This document shows positions 43,955 through 53,378 of a stretch of 54,690 nt of DNA, one piece after another. Position 1 is the stretch's first letter; the number at the start of each line of letters is the position of its first letter. The translations under genes were made by a program, and so were the position numbers. This DNA is from a virus (lineage: Duplodnaviria; Caudoviricetes), in the IMG/VR virus record IMGVR_UViG_3300037246_000474, positions 1 to 54,690 of that record, one strand, 5' to 3'. The notes beneath the pieces were generated by a model that saw only the letters and a list, made by a program, of their open reading frames with translations, was not told the DNA's origin and made no database searches.

Positions 43955-44974
43955 TTATATCTGTTGTATCTGTCCACTTGCCATTGCCCTATCAATAGCG
44001 TCTTCATTCTTTGCAAACTCTGCATCGTCCATGTTGTTGATCTGCGATCTAGTGAACAACATTTTCTTCACACCAGTATCAATATTCTTAGACTTCTTGT
44101 TTGATGGATTAGACAGGCTCTTGGCAAGCTTAATCTTGTCACTCTCGCCCTCGTCACCACCCTGGAATTCTTTAAACTCGTCAAACACCTCGATAACGCT
44201 ATTCGCAGAACCACCTTTAAGGTCAAGCATGGCTAAACGTTTTGCACGTGGCTTAAGCTGTTGTAAGTATTCCGCAAACTCTGGAGTCTGCATTGTAGCT
44301 TCCCATCCATCATGCGCACTGTCTATCTTGTCGAAGTGTGCATCGTTCGCATCTTCTATAGCCTTGTTCTTTGCGTTCTCTCTCTCGGTTGCTAAGTCTT
44401 CTTTGAGACCGTCCATTTGACCAACAATGCTTTCAACGATAGGCTTCATTGCGGCAGCCATATCAGGGTCGAGTTTCTCCATTGTGGCTATTTGATCTGC
44501 TAAGGCTCCAGTGGTTTTCTCAACAACCTTCTCTGCCCTTGCTTCTTGTTTCACTGTCTGAGCATTCTGCAATGCTTCCATCTGAGTCTTTAGTTTGAAT
44601 ACCGTATCTTCAAGCTCAGAGGTTTTGTCAGTAGCTTCTTTAAGTTCTTGCCTCCCTCTGGTATGATCTGCACGTGTATCTTTGACCCTCTTCTCAGACT
44701 TATTTAGCTTGTCGAGTAGGTCAGTTATTGCAGGGTCGATCTTTACAGCTTCTTCGCCATCTTCGCTGCCATCCTTATCAACTTCCTTATCATCAGGGTC
44801 AATATTCTTCTCTTTATCGTCCTTGCCAGTCTTATCATCTTCGTCTCCACCGTATGCTTGTTTTATTAGTTCATCCGCTTCGTCTTCTAACTCCTGAGAC
44901 ATCTGCAATGTATCGTTTCCTGTGCTTTTAGCTATATTGTCTTCTGCTGATTCTTTCTTCTTATCTTCTTCCAT
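43955..44974 (-). CDS. scaffolding protein
   Basis: acidic N-terminus, coiled coil, position between portal and MCP. Confidence 0.8.
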   Translation of the reverse strand: MEEDKKKESAEDNIAKSTGNDTLQMSQELEDEADELIKQAYGGDEDDKTGKDDKEKNIDPDDKEVDKDGSEDGEEAVKIDPAITDLLDKLNKSEKRVKDTRADHTRGRQELKEATDKTSELEDTVFKLKTQMEALQNAQTVKQEARAEKVVEKTTGALADQIATMEKLDPDMAAAMKPIVESIVGQMDGLKEDLATERENAKNKAIEDANDAHFDKIDSAHDGWEATMQTPEFAEYLQQLKPRAKRLAMLDLKGGSANSVIEVFDEFKEFQGGDEGESDKIKLAKSLSNPSNKKSKNIDTGVKKMLFTRSQINNMDDAEFAKNEDAIDRAMASGQIQQI

Positions 44975-44999
44975 ATCCCCTTACCTTCCCCTCGTAAAA

Positions 45000-45233
45000 T
45001 TAACCGCTAAGTCTATTCATAGCGTCAACGTGAATATTTGCAGCAAGTCTCCATGCCCTTGCCATACCTCGGTGTATCTCAACATTGGCTAGATTGCAGT
45101 CTACACAAGACTCCTTCTCCTTCTCAAGCATCCGTTCAAAGTATTCCGTCATGATATGGAACGCTTGCGGATTGCTTGCGGCCAGTAATGAGATTGCCTC
45201 GCACTCTACATCTTCTAATGGATTAACTGCCAT
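45000..45233 (-). CDS. small conserved protein between portal and scaffold
   Basis: position; HRGMARAW motif. Confidence 0.7.
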   Translation of the reverse strand: MAVNPLEDVECEAISLLAASNPQAFHIMTEYFERMLEKEKESCVDCNLANVEIHRGMARAWRLAANIHVDAMNRLSG

Positions 45234-45235
45234 GG

Positions 45236-47401
45236 TTATGTCCTCTTGTTATTTGTCTGTGCGCCATCATTCTTTGATGTTTTATTTGTTGCACCTACGG
45301 ATGTTTTCTTCTCTCCTGCAGTCTTCTTGCTCTCTGCAGACTTCATAGATATCATTGCGTCAATCTCTTTCTCTTTCAGTCGTAGTAAGGCAGCAGCTTC
45401 AATTTCCTTGCCCTGCAGTTCTATCGCCTTTAGCCTCATTAGCTCTTGATCGTTTTCAATAGCTGCTTGGTTACGTGAAACTTCTGACTGCTCCTTATCG
45501 ATCTTAGAAGATATCTCTTCGTTCTCAAGAGTAGCTCTGCTCATTGCCAACTGGTCCATCTGTTTCTTAACAGGGTCATCTGCAAGTTGCTTGATCTCTT
45601 CTGGAGTCTTGACAACTTCGTCCTCATTAAGTCCCTGATTCTCGGCAACCATTCGAAGCATATTGTCACGTTTTGTCAACTGGATATCCGTTGGGTTATT
45701 CGTGATATTCAACATGTTAATAAGTTGCGTAGTCATGACCTCGGCTTTCAATAGAGTACTCGAACCTTTAGCGTCAACCTTTTGGTCACCCTTGATAGAT
45801 TCATCGTCACTCCATTGCATAAAGAACATGTATAGCTTCGTGAAGAACGGGTCGATAGCGTATCTGTCTACGTTGCTAACAACCGCCCTTTGTACTATGT
45901 TTGCAGCATTCTGCAGAAGTTGTGTACCCTGTGCAGTCTCATGACCTCCCGTGTCTCCAACACCACTCGTCCCTGCAGTTGGTAGATTAGTTTCTTCGTC
46001 AATGAAGACTCGGAATATGTTGATTATCTCAACCAGTTCTCTACTTACGCTTTGAAGGTTATGCACTCGCATTAATGGTGTTTGGGCATCTCCACCTGTT
46101 CTTGGATGTACTTTAAACGGATAAATATCATCTATCTGCTTAACTGCCTCTGGAGACAAGTCATCTATATTGATCTCAATTTGTGGACCAAGCAATGCTA
46201 CGTCATCTAATAATCTTCTTGCAGCGGCATTTAGTATCTCTTGACTGTCTGCGCATATCTCAGGCACTCCACGACCCCATATCTTTTTTGATACTTTCTC
46301 ATATGGGAATATGAAGAATGGCAATCCGTCATCTACTGACGGGTCCAATACTGCCTTGATAACTTCACCGCCTACTATCCATACATTAGCCATGAATTCC
46401 TCTGACATCTGAGCTTCTGTGATGTCAATTCCCATGGTACTAAGTTCTTCACCGTCTACGTATCCCCAATACTCAAGGACATCATATCGTGTATGGGTTT
46501 CCTGAATTTGCGACTGATGTGCAAGCTTCTTCCTTTCGATCTCATGGCATTCATCCATGTGGTCACCGCCTGGATATTTCAGCAAATACGCATCAATCTG
46601 GTGGCTGTTAAATCCTGCGAACTTCTTTAGTTTTCTGAATTCGTGTTTATTCAATACGTGACGTTGATAGCACCCTATTCCAACTTTCATGTCGGAAGCA
46701 TCAGGGTCTGGATATACATCGAATATTGATGGTGCTTCTAATTGTGGTTTTATTTCAAGTTCTTCTTTGGCTTGGAACTGCCATCCTGCGTCAGTATCCA
46801 TCCACCCAAAATCTCTCTCGACTTTAATGGACGCTGATTTTATACACCCTGAGCCTAAGATAACCTGCTCAAGTAATGCTTCAAGGAACAACAGATCATA
46901 ATCAGACTCAACCAACTGGTCATTAATCCTAAATGACATTGCTTCTGCGGCTTTATCTGCAGGAGATTGTTCTTCCTTGATTTGTGGTGCATCGGGAATG
47001 CCCGTTAAAACCTCTGCCTTTGCCGCTACTCCTTCAAATATAGATGGTTCCGGAGTTGGTTTAATTTCCCAATGCCTCTTGCCAGTTGCAGGGAAGAAAA
47101 CGTCAACAAGTCTTGAGTACGCAGCCATCACCTTCATTCGTGTAATGCCCACATACGTGTGCGAACGACCTGCTTTTATAGCGTTCTCTATCTCTGATTC
47201 ATATTGAGAATAAAATTGTCTAAGATTGATAAGCCACTGTTCTTCTTGCGGAAGCCTGATATCTTTCCACGACTGCCACCTTGACTGTAACTGCGCACCG
47301 AAAGTAAGGACTTCTGCCTCTCCTTCAATACCTAACAACTCTCGTTGCTTTTCTTCTTCGTTGACAGCTTCAATTGACTTCGTTTGAACTAATCCTGACA
47401 T
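45236..47401 (-). CDS. portal protein (P22-like)
   Basis: 721 aa after TerL; FDVYPDP, VLEYWG, WGRGV, ETAQG, C-terminal coiled coil. Confidence 0.88.
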   Translation of the reverse strand: MSGLVQTKSIEAVNEEEKQRELLGIEGEAEVLTFGAQLQSRWQSWKDIRLPQEEQWLINLRQFYSQYESEIENAIKAGRSHTYVGITRMKVMAAYSRLVDVFFPATGKRHWEIKPTPEPSIFEGVAAKAEVLTGIPDAPQIKEEQSPADKAAEAMSFRINDQLVESDYDLLFLEALLEQVILGSGCIKSASIKVERDFGWMDTDAGWQFQAKEELEIKPQLEAPSIFDVYPDPDASDMKVGIGCYQRHVLNKHEFRKLKKFAGFNSHQIDAYLLKYPGGDHMDECHEIERKKLAHQSQIQETHTRYDVLEYWGYVDGEELSTMGIDITEAQMSEEFMANVWIVGGEVIKAVLDPSVDDGLPFFIFPYEKVSKKIWGRGVPEICADSQEILNAAARRLLDDVALLGPQIEINIDDLSPEAVKQIDDIYPFKVHPRTGGDAQTPLMRVHNLQSVSRELVEIINIFRVFIDEETNLPTAGTSGVGDTGGHETAQGTQLLQNAANIVQRAVVSNVDRYAIDPFFTKLYMFFMQWSDDESIKGDQKVDAKGSSTLLKAEVMTTQLINMLNITNNPTDIQLTKRDNMLRMVAENQGLNEDEVVKTPEEIKQLADDPVKKQMDQLAMSRATLENEEISSKIDKEQSEVSRNQAAIENDQELMRLKAIELQGKEIEAAALLRLKEKEIDAMISMKSAESKKTAGEKKTSVGATNKTSKNDGAQTNNKRT

Positions 47402-47410
47402 TTTATCTCC

Positions 47411-47477
47411 AAAAAAAATGGACCGGTAAAATACGAATGTGACTGTGTGGGTTCACACGCAATATCAAACCAGTCCA
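47411..47477 (-). terminator. long hairpin + T-run just before the portal RBS
   Basis: TGGACTGGT...ACCGGTCCA followed by T8. Confidence 0.55.
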
Positions 47478-47538
47478 ATATAGCTTTGATTAATATTAAT
47501 CTACTAAATATATACGTAAAAGTAAATGGGAATTGTCT

Positions 47539-49251
47539 TTAACCAACTGTCACCTCAGCTTCTTTCAGGTTTAATTGCTTGCCGTGTTCCCTTGCCTGTC
47601 TCTGGTTCTGTGTCAATCTCATTAGTGGCATGGTCATATACATCTCATGCGCAATCGCATAGCTCATAACCCTGTCATCGTGCTTTCCTGGCATGGCTCC
47701 GAACTTACCATCTTCCAAGATAGAGTAGTTTTTAAACTCTTCAATTGTCTCAATACACACAATACCCGTGTCATGGTCACGAACCAAAGTCACCAATCCA
47801 TCAATGATCTTGTACTTGCTTTTCTCTGTTGTTAGCCATCCTGCCTGTTTCTGTTTACGTCCTGTCGCATTTGCATCAAGCTTCTCTCTCTGATACACCT
47901 TCGGGTAGCTCTTGTGCTTAAGGGTGGTAAGAGTCGTTAAGCCATGGTTGTTCGCCTCACAGCCTATCAGGGCGTTGTTGTAGTACCTGCCTAAATGGTT
48001 AAGGAATGCACCCCATTGGTCAGGGTCCAGTTTGCAATTGACATGGGCTACTTGTTGTCCTGTTGAGCATCTGATTACGTCTGCAGATGAATAGTCATGC
48101 TTGTCTCCTGCGATACCTTCTGCAACGTCAGCACCGATTACATATTTCTCTCCAAGCTTTGGTGTCTGCCATACCTGCATGATACCCTCTTTATGGCTTA
48201 TGAACTTCCCGTAATAGTTAAAGGTGCCTACTGCCTCTGGTGGATAGCATTCAAGCTGTGCCGACATCAAGTCAGAGATACCGAATATACTCTTTCCGGA
48301 AAACACGAAAGCCTCTTCTGGTGTCATTGGAAACCACTGCTTGAAGAAATCTTCCTTGGTGTAGCCGATAGGAGCAATAACCTCTCCGATCTTCCATCTT
48401 CTCCATGCAACGTTTTCTATGGTAGTTGGTGTACCATCAGGATTAACAAACCGTAGCAGCCATTTCTCTTCATCCGTAAGGGTCGAAATTATGTACCTTC
48501 TTTGCTCTTTAGTCACTGGAAGTGCATAATCCTCATCATACGTCCATGGGATAAAGACTTGAAGATACTCAGGCACCTTGCCCTTCTTGCGAATATCGTC
48601 CATCTCGCACCAGTGATCGTAGAAATGCCCTGCGGTTCCGTTTGCAGTCGTTTCTTTAATAACCTCTGTGCCAAGGATGTGTGGCCATCCAGATGGAATT
48701 GACTCAAGCAATCCACTTAAATTATCCAAAGAGTTCTTGCTAAAGTATGCGCATTCTGACCAATGATTGTAATGAGTGGTGATACCTTTACCACCCTTGG
48801 AGTCACATGTTTTTACGTCATAGCGGCTCTTTAAGCCAGTACCCTTTGGAGTGTCAAATACTAATGCTTTCTCGTTGGACTGGAGGGTTTGCGGTCTTAT
48901 CTCATCCGGAACATTCTCATGATAAGTCTTCACCATGCGAAACAAACCGTCCCTGCTTTGGTCAGCTTCTGTCATTATCATAGCTCCCACACCAGTCCGA
49001 TGCGTTGTGTTATGATAAAATCTACCTTCTGTGTAAGTAGAAAGCCCTAACTTTCGTGGCTTTAGTGCTAAGACCCTTACATAACCCTTCACTTTCTTCT
49101 GTTCTTCAATCAACCGATGGATAAGTATCTGAGACTTATTCAAGTTGAATGGTTGCAAACTTCCGTCTTTACCTACTATCTTCAAGCATCGGGGTGCGTA
49201 ATACAGGAAGTCGTTCATGAGTCTCATTCGCACTGCTTGACTTGCCGACAT
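47539..49251 (-). CDS. terL: terminase large subunit
   Basis: LKPRKLGLST, HWSECAY, ETTANG, IGADVAEG, EANNHG, HDDRVMS. Confidence 0.95.
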   Translation of the reverse strand: MSASQAVRMRLMNDFLYYAPRCLKIVGKDGSLQPFNLNKSQILIHRLIEEQKKVKGYVRVLALKPRKLGLSTYTEGRFYHNTTHRTGVGAMIMTEADQSRDGLFRMVKTYHENVPDEIRPQTLQSNEKALVFDTPKGTGLKSRYDVKTCDSKGGKGITTHYNHWSECAYFSKNSLDNLSGLLESIPSGWPHILGTEVIKETTANGTAGHFYDHWCEMDDIRKKGKVPEYLQVFIPWTYDEDYALPVTKEQRRYIISTLTDEEKWLLRFVNPDGTPTTIENVAWRRWKIGEVIAPIGYTKEDFFKQWFPMTPEEAFVFSGKSIFGISDLMSAQLECYPPEAVGTFNYYGKFISHKEGIMQVWQTPKLGEKYVIGADVAEGIAGDKHDYSSADVIRCSTGQQVAHVNCKLDPDQWGAFLNHLGRYYNNALIGCEANNHGLTTLTTLKHKSYPKVYQREKLDANATGRKQKQAGWLTTEKSKYKIIDGLVTLVRDHDTGIVCIETIEEFKNYSILEDGKFGAMPGKHDDRVMSYAIAHEMYMTMPLMRLTQNQRQAREHGKQLNLKEAEVTVG

Positions 49252-49591
49252 ACGTTCCCCTTGTTAATTTATTTGTAATATAAATCCCTGATATGATTGT
49301 ACCGATAAGCGATATAATCATCACAACATACGGCAAAAACTTCTTCTCTGTTCTTAGCTGAGTGACCTGTATTTTAAGCTCATGATGGTCACGGTGTGCT
49401 ACTGCGTTTGCCTTGTTCTCGGTAATCTTTCTGTAGATATCGTTCTTGTAATCGTACAAATCTGATATCAATTCGGAGTCAGCATCTAGCTCTTTCTGTT
49501 GTGCCTTGTCATGTTCTTCGAGCCTGACCCGTTGCTCGTTACACTGCTTCATGTCTGCCTCTACTTTGTTCTTCCAGTGTTCCTCTATCAT
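49169..49591 (-). CDS. coiled-coil protein with C-terminal TM (possibly lysis-related)
   Basis: coiled coil, then FLPYVVMIISLIGTIISGIYI. Confidence 0.65.
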   Translation of the reverse strand: MIEEHWKNKVEADMKQCNEQRVRLEEHDKAQQKELDADSELISDLYDYKNDIYRKITENKANAVAHRDHHELKIQVTQLRTEKKFLPYVVMIISLIGTIISGIYITNKLTRGTYVGKSSSANETHERLPVLRTPMLEDSR

Positions 49592-49603
49592 GGCACCCTT
49601 TCT

Positions 49604-50131
49604 TTAAGTAACCTCTTTCTCCAAGCCTGTGTGTTGCAGTGCTTTCTTCACTGCGGCTTTCGCCTCTTCACCTAGCTCAGAACTAACGACTCTCAGGGTC
49701 TTGTTCTTGCGTCTTATCATATTCCCTAAGAATCCTAAAACCCCCACTCCGGCTAAACTACCCCCTGCCACTTCTGTAATAAGAGTCTTCGACCATCCTG
49801 CGGCAACGTTCAATTGCTCGTCTAACACTCCCTGACCCTTCATCCTCATGTATTGTTGCACGACATTCTCTGTCGCACTTGGCGATACTCCCTGAGCATC
49901 TCTATTCGACTTGAGCAATATCTTCGCCATGATAAGCTTTGTCTTATCCTTCTCGGTTTGGTCATCCAGAATACTCAGTATCGTCTCATTAAAATCTACA
50001 TTAACGCTCTTTACGTGGTCCAACTCTTTCGTACTCATTCGTGTATCTACGTCTGGTATGAGCATCTTTGTCATAACGCATCCGCTTGATAAAATTGCTA
50101 AAAATGATAATACTAATATAATACATCTCAT
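49604..50131 (-). CDS. lipoprotein with C-terminal hydrophobic segment
   Basis: lipobox LSSG-C; VAGGSLAGVGVLGFLGNMI followed by RRKNK. Confidence 0.7.
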   Translation of the reverse strand: MRCIILVLSFLAILSSGCVMTKMLIPDVDTRMSTKELDHVKSVNVDFNETILSILDDQTEKDKTKLIMAKILLKSNRDAQGVSPSATENVVQQYMRMKGQGVLDEQLNVAAGWSKTLITEVAGGSLAGVGVLGFLGNMIRRKNKTLRVVSSELGEEAKAAVKKALQHTGLEKEVT

Positions 50132-50146
50132 GATACTCTCCTTGTG

Positions 50147-50362
50147 TTAAGTTTGTTCTTCTGTTTCTTCTGTTTCCTCATAACCTACTTCACATAATTT
50201 AGAATTCATAATAACGATTCTAGTTGTTTTTTTGTAAACCTTTATATGCGCTTTGATGAATTTCTTGATAGGCGTGAGCAGCACCTCTTCGCATGGCAAA
50301 TCATCACCCTCGAATTCAAGCCCAACCTTTAGGTCTATAAAGTATAGTCTGATTGCACTCAT
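50147..50362 (-). CDS. hypothetical protein
   Basis: ATGA coupling with the phosphoesterase stop. Confidence 0.55.
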   Translation of the reverse strand: MSAIRLYFIDLKVGLEFEGDDLPCEEVLLTPIKKFIKAHIKVYKKTTRIVIMNSKLCEVGYEETEETEEQT

Positions 50363-51042
50363 AGTGACATCCTGTATATAGTAGGGTTGATTCCTCTCTC
50401 CACCACCGCACATGACACAATTGGTTTATGAGGAAAGTCTTTGCCATATGCGAATGCCAGTAACTTAGCATTTATACCACAACCTACATTCATTCCAAAT
50501 ATGCAATCTAACGGACTTGCCGTGAATGATATCCCTGCGAATGAATGACAGTGTCCTATTACGGTTGATGCACGATTGTTTATTGCCTTGTTCAAATGAG
50601 CTAATTTACCAGACACTCCAGTACCATGCTCATATATAACACCATCGATTGTAAACTTGAACTCGTCTTCCCATCCATCGGGTAATTCCCATATATCCCT
50701 GTAAGGCTTAAAACATCGCTTAGGCAGTCCAATAGTCTTTGCCTTTCTATCAACAAGGCAATCGTGATTACCCCTTGTAAGTTTTACTTCCGGAAAAGCC
50801 TTGAACCACTTCTTTAGCGTTTCGTCTGACTCTTCCATTTCAGCCAACGGACTCCAAAGATCAGGGTCGTGTTCATGGTAACTGATACTGTGATTATCAA
50901 CCAAGTCTCCGATATGGACCACTGTACCACACCTGTGTTTCTTCTGTACCGCCTTGCAGAACTGCAGATAATCCCTATGTTCAAACGGGATATGGGTATC
51001 TCCAATCACCAGTACGTTGTGTTTATCTAGTCTGTTTAAGAT
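50359..51042 (-). CDS. calcineurin-like metallophosphoesterase
   Basis: GDTH, GDLVD, GNHD, HG, GHCH; start probably ATC 51042 (first canonical start is GTG 51009). Confidence 0.88.
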   Translation of the reverse strand: MLNRLDKHNVLVIGDTHIPFEHRDYLQFCKAVQKKHRCGTVVHIGDLVDNHSISYHEHDPDLWSPLAEMEESDETLKKWFKAFPEVKLTRGNHDCLVDRKAKTIGLPKRCFKPYRDIWELPDGWEDEFKFTIDGVIYEHGTGVSGKLAHLNKAINNRASTVIGHCHSFAGISFTASPLDCIFGMNVGCGINAKLLAFAYGKDFPHKPIVSCAVVERGINPTIYRMSL

Positions 51043-51056
51043 AACAACCTCCTTAT

Positions 51057-51133
51057 TGGTGGCGGTGGCAGGATTCGAACCTGCGATTCCGGGGATATGA
51101 ACCCCGTGAGATAGGCCACTTCTCTACACCGCT
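51057..51133 (-). tRNA. initiator tRNA-fMet(CAU)
   Basis: unpaired A1:C72; CGGGG-TTCATAT-CCCCG with consecutive G-C pairs; encoded CCA. Confidence 0.9.
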
Positions 51134-51138
51134 TTAAA

Positions 51139-52152
51139 TTATGTAATCATGTCATTGACATGTTTTACTATATAGGATGCGTCTATGTCCATGCAAATGT
51201 TCTTGCAACAATTAGTTGCACGTTCTGTATACTGACACGGTGCGCAAGCCATATCCTTCCTGACAACCTTCGCAACGTCTGACCATGGTGAGTTTTTAAC
51301 ATCGGCTGTTGGTCCGAATACAGCTATCTGTGGTGTCTTCATCGCTGCGGTAATATGCATTATACCAGAATCTTCGTTAACCATACAGTCCAATTCTCTT
51401 ATTAATCCTGCCACCTCTGCCAAGGGCTGACCTAGACAGTATACAAACTCTGGATTTTCAAGCCTGTGTGCTTGCGGTACAGCATCTTCATGTCCGATAA
51501 TAAACACTCTGTGACCCTCTTTATGCAACATTCTGGCAATCGCTAAAGGGTTTGACAGCCTACGGTTAGCCATGAACTGATGATTGTATCTCCTGCAAAC
51601 ATGCACACCAATATTCTTCTTGTCTCTGTGGTGATCGAATCCACTAGGAATCTCAGTATAATTGCAATATAGCTCTGGAGTATCACCTGTGAACTTAAGG
51701 GAACGAGCTATTGACATATTGATATCTACCTCATGGGCAGGTAATTGAGTCTCCACCCATACCTTGTTGATATTTGGAGCAAACCTGATCTGAGCTACAT
51801 ACTTCTCAATGCCCGGATATGGCCACATTGTCTGCACACCCAACAGATATCTCCTGTTCTTGATCTCGGACTCCTTCAATACTTTGACTCTTTCCATTCC
51901 TTCGAATACGAATTCAGCACCATTCATCATCCCGTCTTCGCCTGTGATTATATCAACATTTAACATCATGTCGGTTAACGACTTAACAAGTGGTGTCGTA
52001 AGTATAGCATTACCAATGCCTTGTGACGCACCGAGCAGGATTTTATCTGCCGTATTGATCTGTGTTATATGCGCAGTTGCCGCCTTGTCCATGCCTGCTT
52101 CTTGCTTCGGGGTATACTCTATCATGTCATCTATTATTCGTATCATACTCAA
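51139..52152 (-). CDS. GT9 (heptosyltransferase-like) glycosyltransferase
   Basis: GIGNAILTTPLVKSL; EDSGIMHITAA...AVFGPT; C-terminal CAPC...CM. Confidence 0.88.
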   Translation of the reverse strand: MSMIRIIDDMIEYTPKQEAGMDKAATAHITQINTADKILLGASQGIGNAILTTPLVKSLTDMMLNVDIITGEDGMMNGAEFVFEGMERVKVLKESEIKNRRYLLGVQTMWPYPGIEKYVAQIRFAPNINKVWVETQLPAHEVDINMSIARSLKFTGDTPELYCNYTEIPSGFDHHRDKKNIGVHVCRRYNHQFMANRRLSNPLAIARMLHKEGHRVFIIGHEDAVPQAHRLENPEFVYCLGQPLAEVAGLIRELDCMVNEDSGIMHITAAMKTPQIAVFGPTADVKNSPWSDVAKVVRKDMACAPCQYTERATNCCKNICMDIDASYIVKHVNDMIT

Positions 52153-52822
52153 ACTCCTTTATTAAATAGTCAACCGCACGGAACATCTCAAGTAATTCTT
52201 CTTCCATTTCCCACTTTACAAAATAACCATCCCTGTAGTCTTCCCAATGCCTATATAATCCGATCTGGTTCTTATCAAGCACGGGGTACTCCTTCGCCAT
52301 CTTTTGCTTCCTGACCCTTGGAATATAATCAATCATCTTCTCGCTGTATTTTATATCCAGAAACTGTGCCATAAGATCACATACAGTGTATGGAGTAGAT
52401 ACGACATCTTCCATCTTTACAACCATGACCCTGTCTTTATGCCAATCCTTCAAAAACATATAACAATCATGCATGTGGTTTAGGTCACGCAAGCACCCTC
52501 TAGTACTTCCGTCTGCAGAGATAGCCACATTCTCTTCATCTGTCCCTCGGTATAACTTGGACATAACCAAATCTCTTGGGTCACGTATTGTCCATATTAT
52601 CTTAGCCGTTGGGTTGACATCAAGAAACTCTCCCTGCTTGCTAATATCATCAACATAATGAATGTCGCACTTTGTAAGCATGTCATCGTCCCACCTCTTA
52701 ATATCCTTGAATAGACGCTTCATCTCTATTACATTAGTGGGGACCAGTGACGGGCTTCCTGCCAACATCTCAAGCACTATGTTTGTTCCAGTTCTTCCAG
52801 TACTATGCACTATGGCTGACAT
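52127..52822 (-). CDS. PAPS-dependent sulfotransferase-like protein
   Basis: STGRTGTN (5'-PSB) and RDPRDLVMS (3'-PB); KMEDVV. Confidence 0.8.
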   Translation of the reverse strand: MSAIVHSTGRTGTNIVLEMLAGSPSLVPTNVIEMKRLFKDIKRWDDDMLTKCDIHYVDDISKQGEFLDVNPTAKIIWTIRDPRDLVMSKLYRGTDEENVAISADGSTRGCLRDLNHMHDCYMFLKDWHKDRVMVVKMEDVVSTPYTVCDLMAQFLDIKYSEKMIDYIPRVRKQKMAKEYPVLDKNQIGLYRHWEDYRDGYFVKWEMEEELLEMFRAVDYLIKEFEYDTNNR

Positions 52823-53378
52823 AAAGTTCCTCCGTCTCCTTGCTGTGAAATGTATAATATCCCAATGCCTGTAAATCTGTTTCTAGGTCTTGGATACCTT
52901 CATGAATCTCCATAGACATTTGCAAGATTTTCTTTGCATGTTCTTTTGTTAGAGATTTAACAACTGAATGCTCCATGCCCTCAATATCCATCTTGAGCAT
53001 ATGAACAGGTCCGCTTATTATTGCCAATAAATTTGCAATGGTTATAGTTTCGACATCGTATGTTACATGCGGTCTTTCTACATACAACCCACAAAGATTT
53101 CCCCATCCCTTTGGACCATCACCAAAATCATTGAAAGGCATTGTGTCAGGATGTTCATCGCCTACCAACGCTACGTTATAAGCCCTGCATTCATCCTTCT
53201 GTTCTTGGAAGCTCTTGCGATTAGGCTCCAGTCCAACAATACATGCATTTGGACGGTGTATCAATATATCCTTCCTAAAGTCACCACGACAAATCCCTGC
53301 ATCTATGACCGTGCCACCATCTGGCACAAGGTCAAGGTTAATCATATGGTGTCCGTACAACGTTGTTATTTCTGGCAT
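52803..53378 (-). CDS. FkbM-family methyltransferase
   Basis: VIDAGICRG, LEPN, LKMDIEGME, MEIH. Confidence 0.88.
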   Translation of the reverse strand: MPEITTLYGHHMINLDLVPDGGTVIDAGICRGDFRKDILIHRPNACIVGLEPNRKSFQEQKDECRAYNVALVGDEHPDTMPFNDFGDGPKGWGNLCGLYVERPHVTYDVETITIANLLAIISGPVHMLKMDIEGMEHSVVKSLTKEHAKKILQMSMEIHEGIQDLETDLQALGYYTFHSKETEELYVSHSA

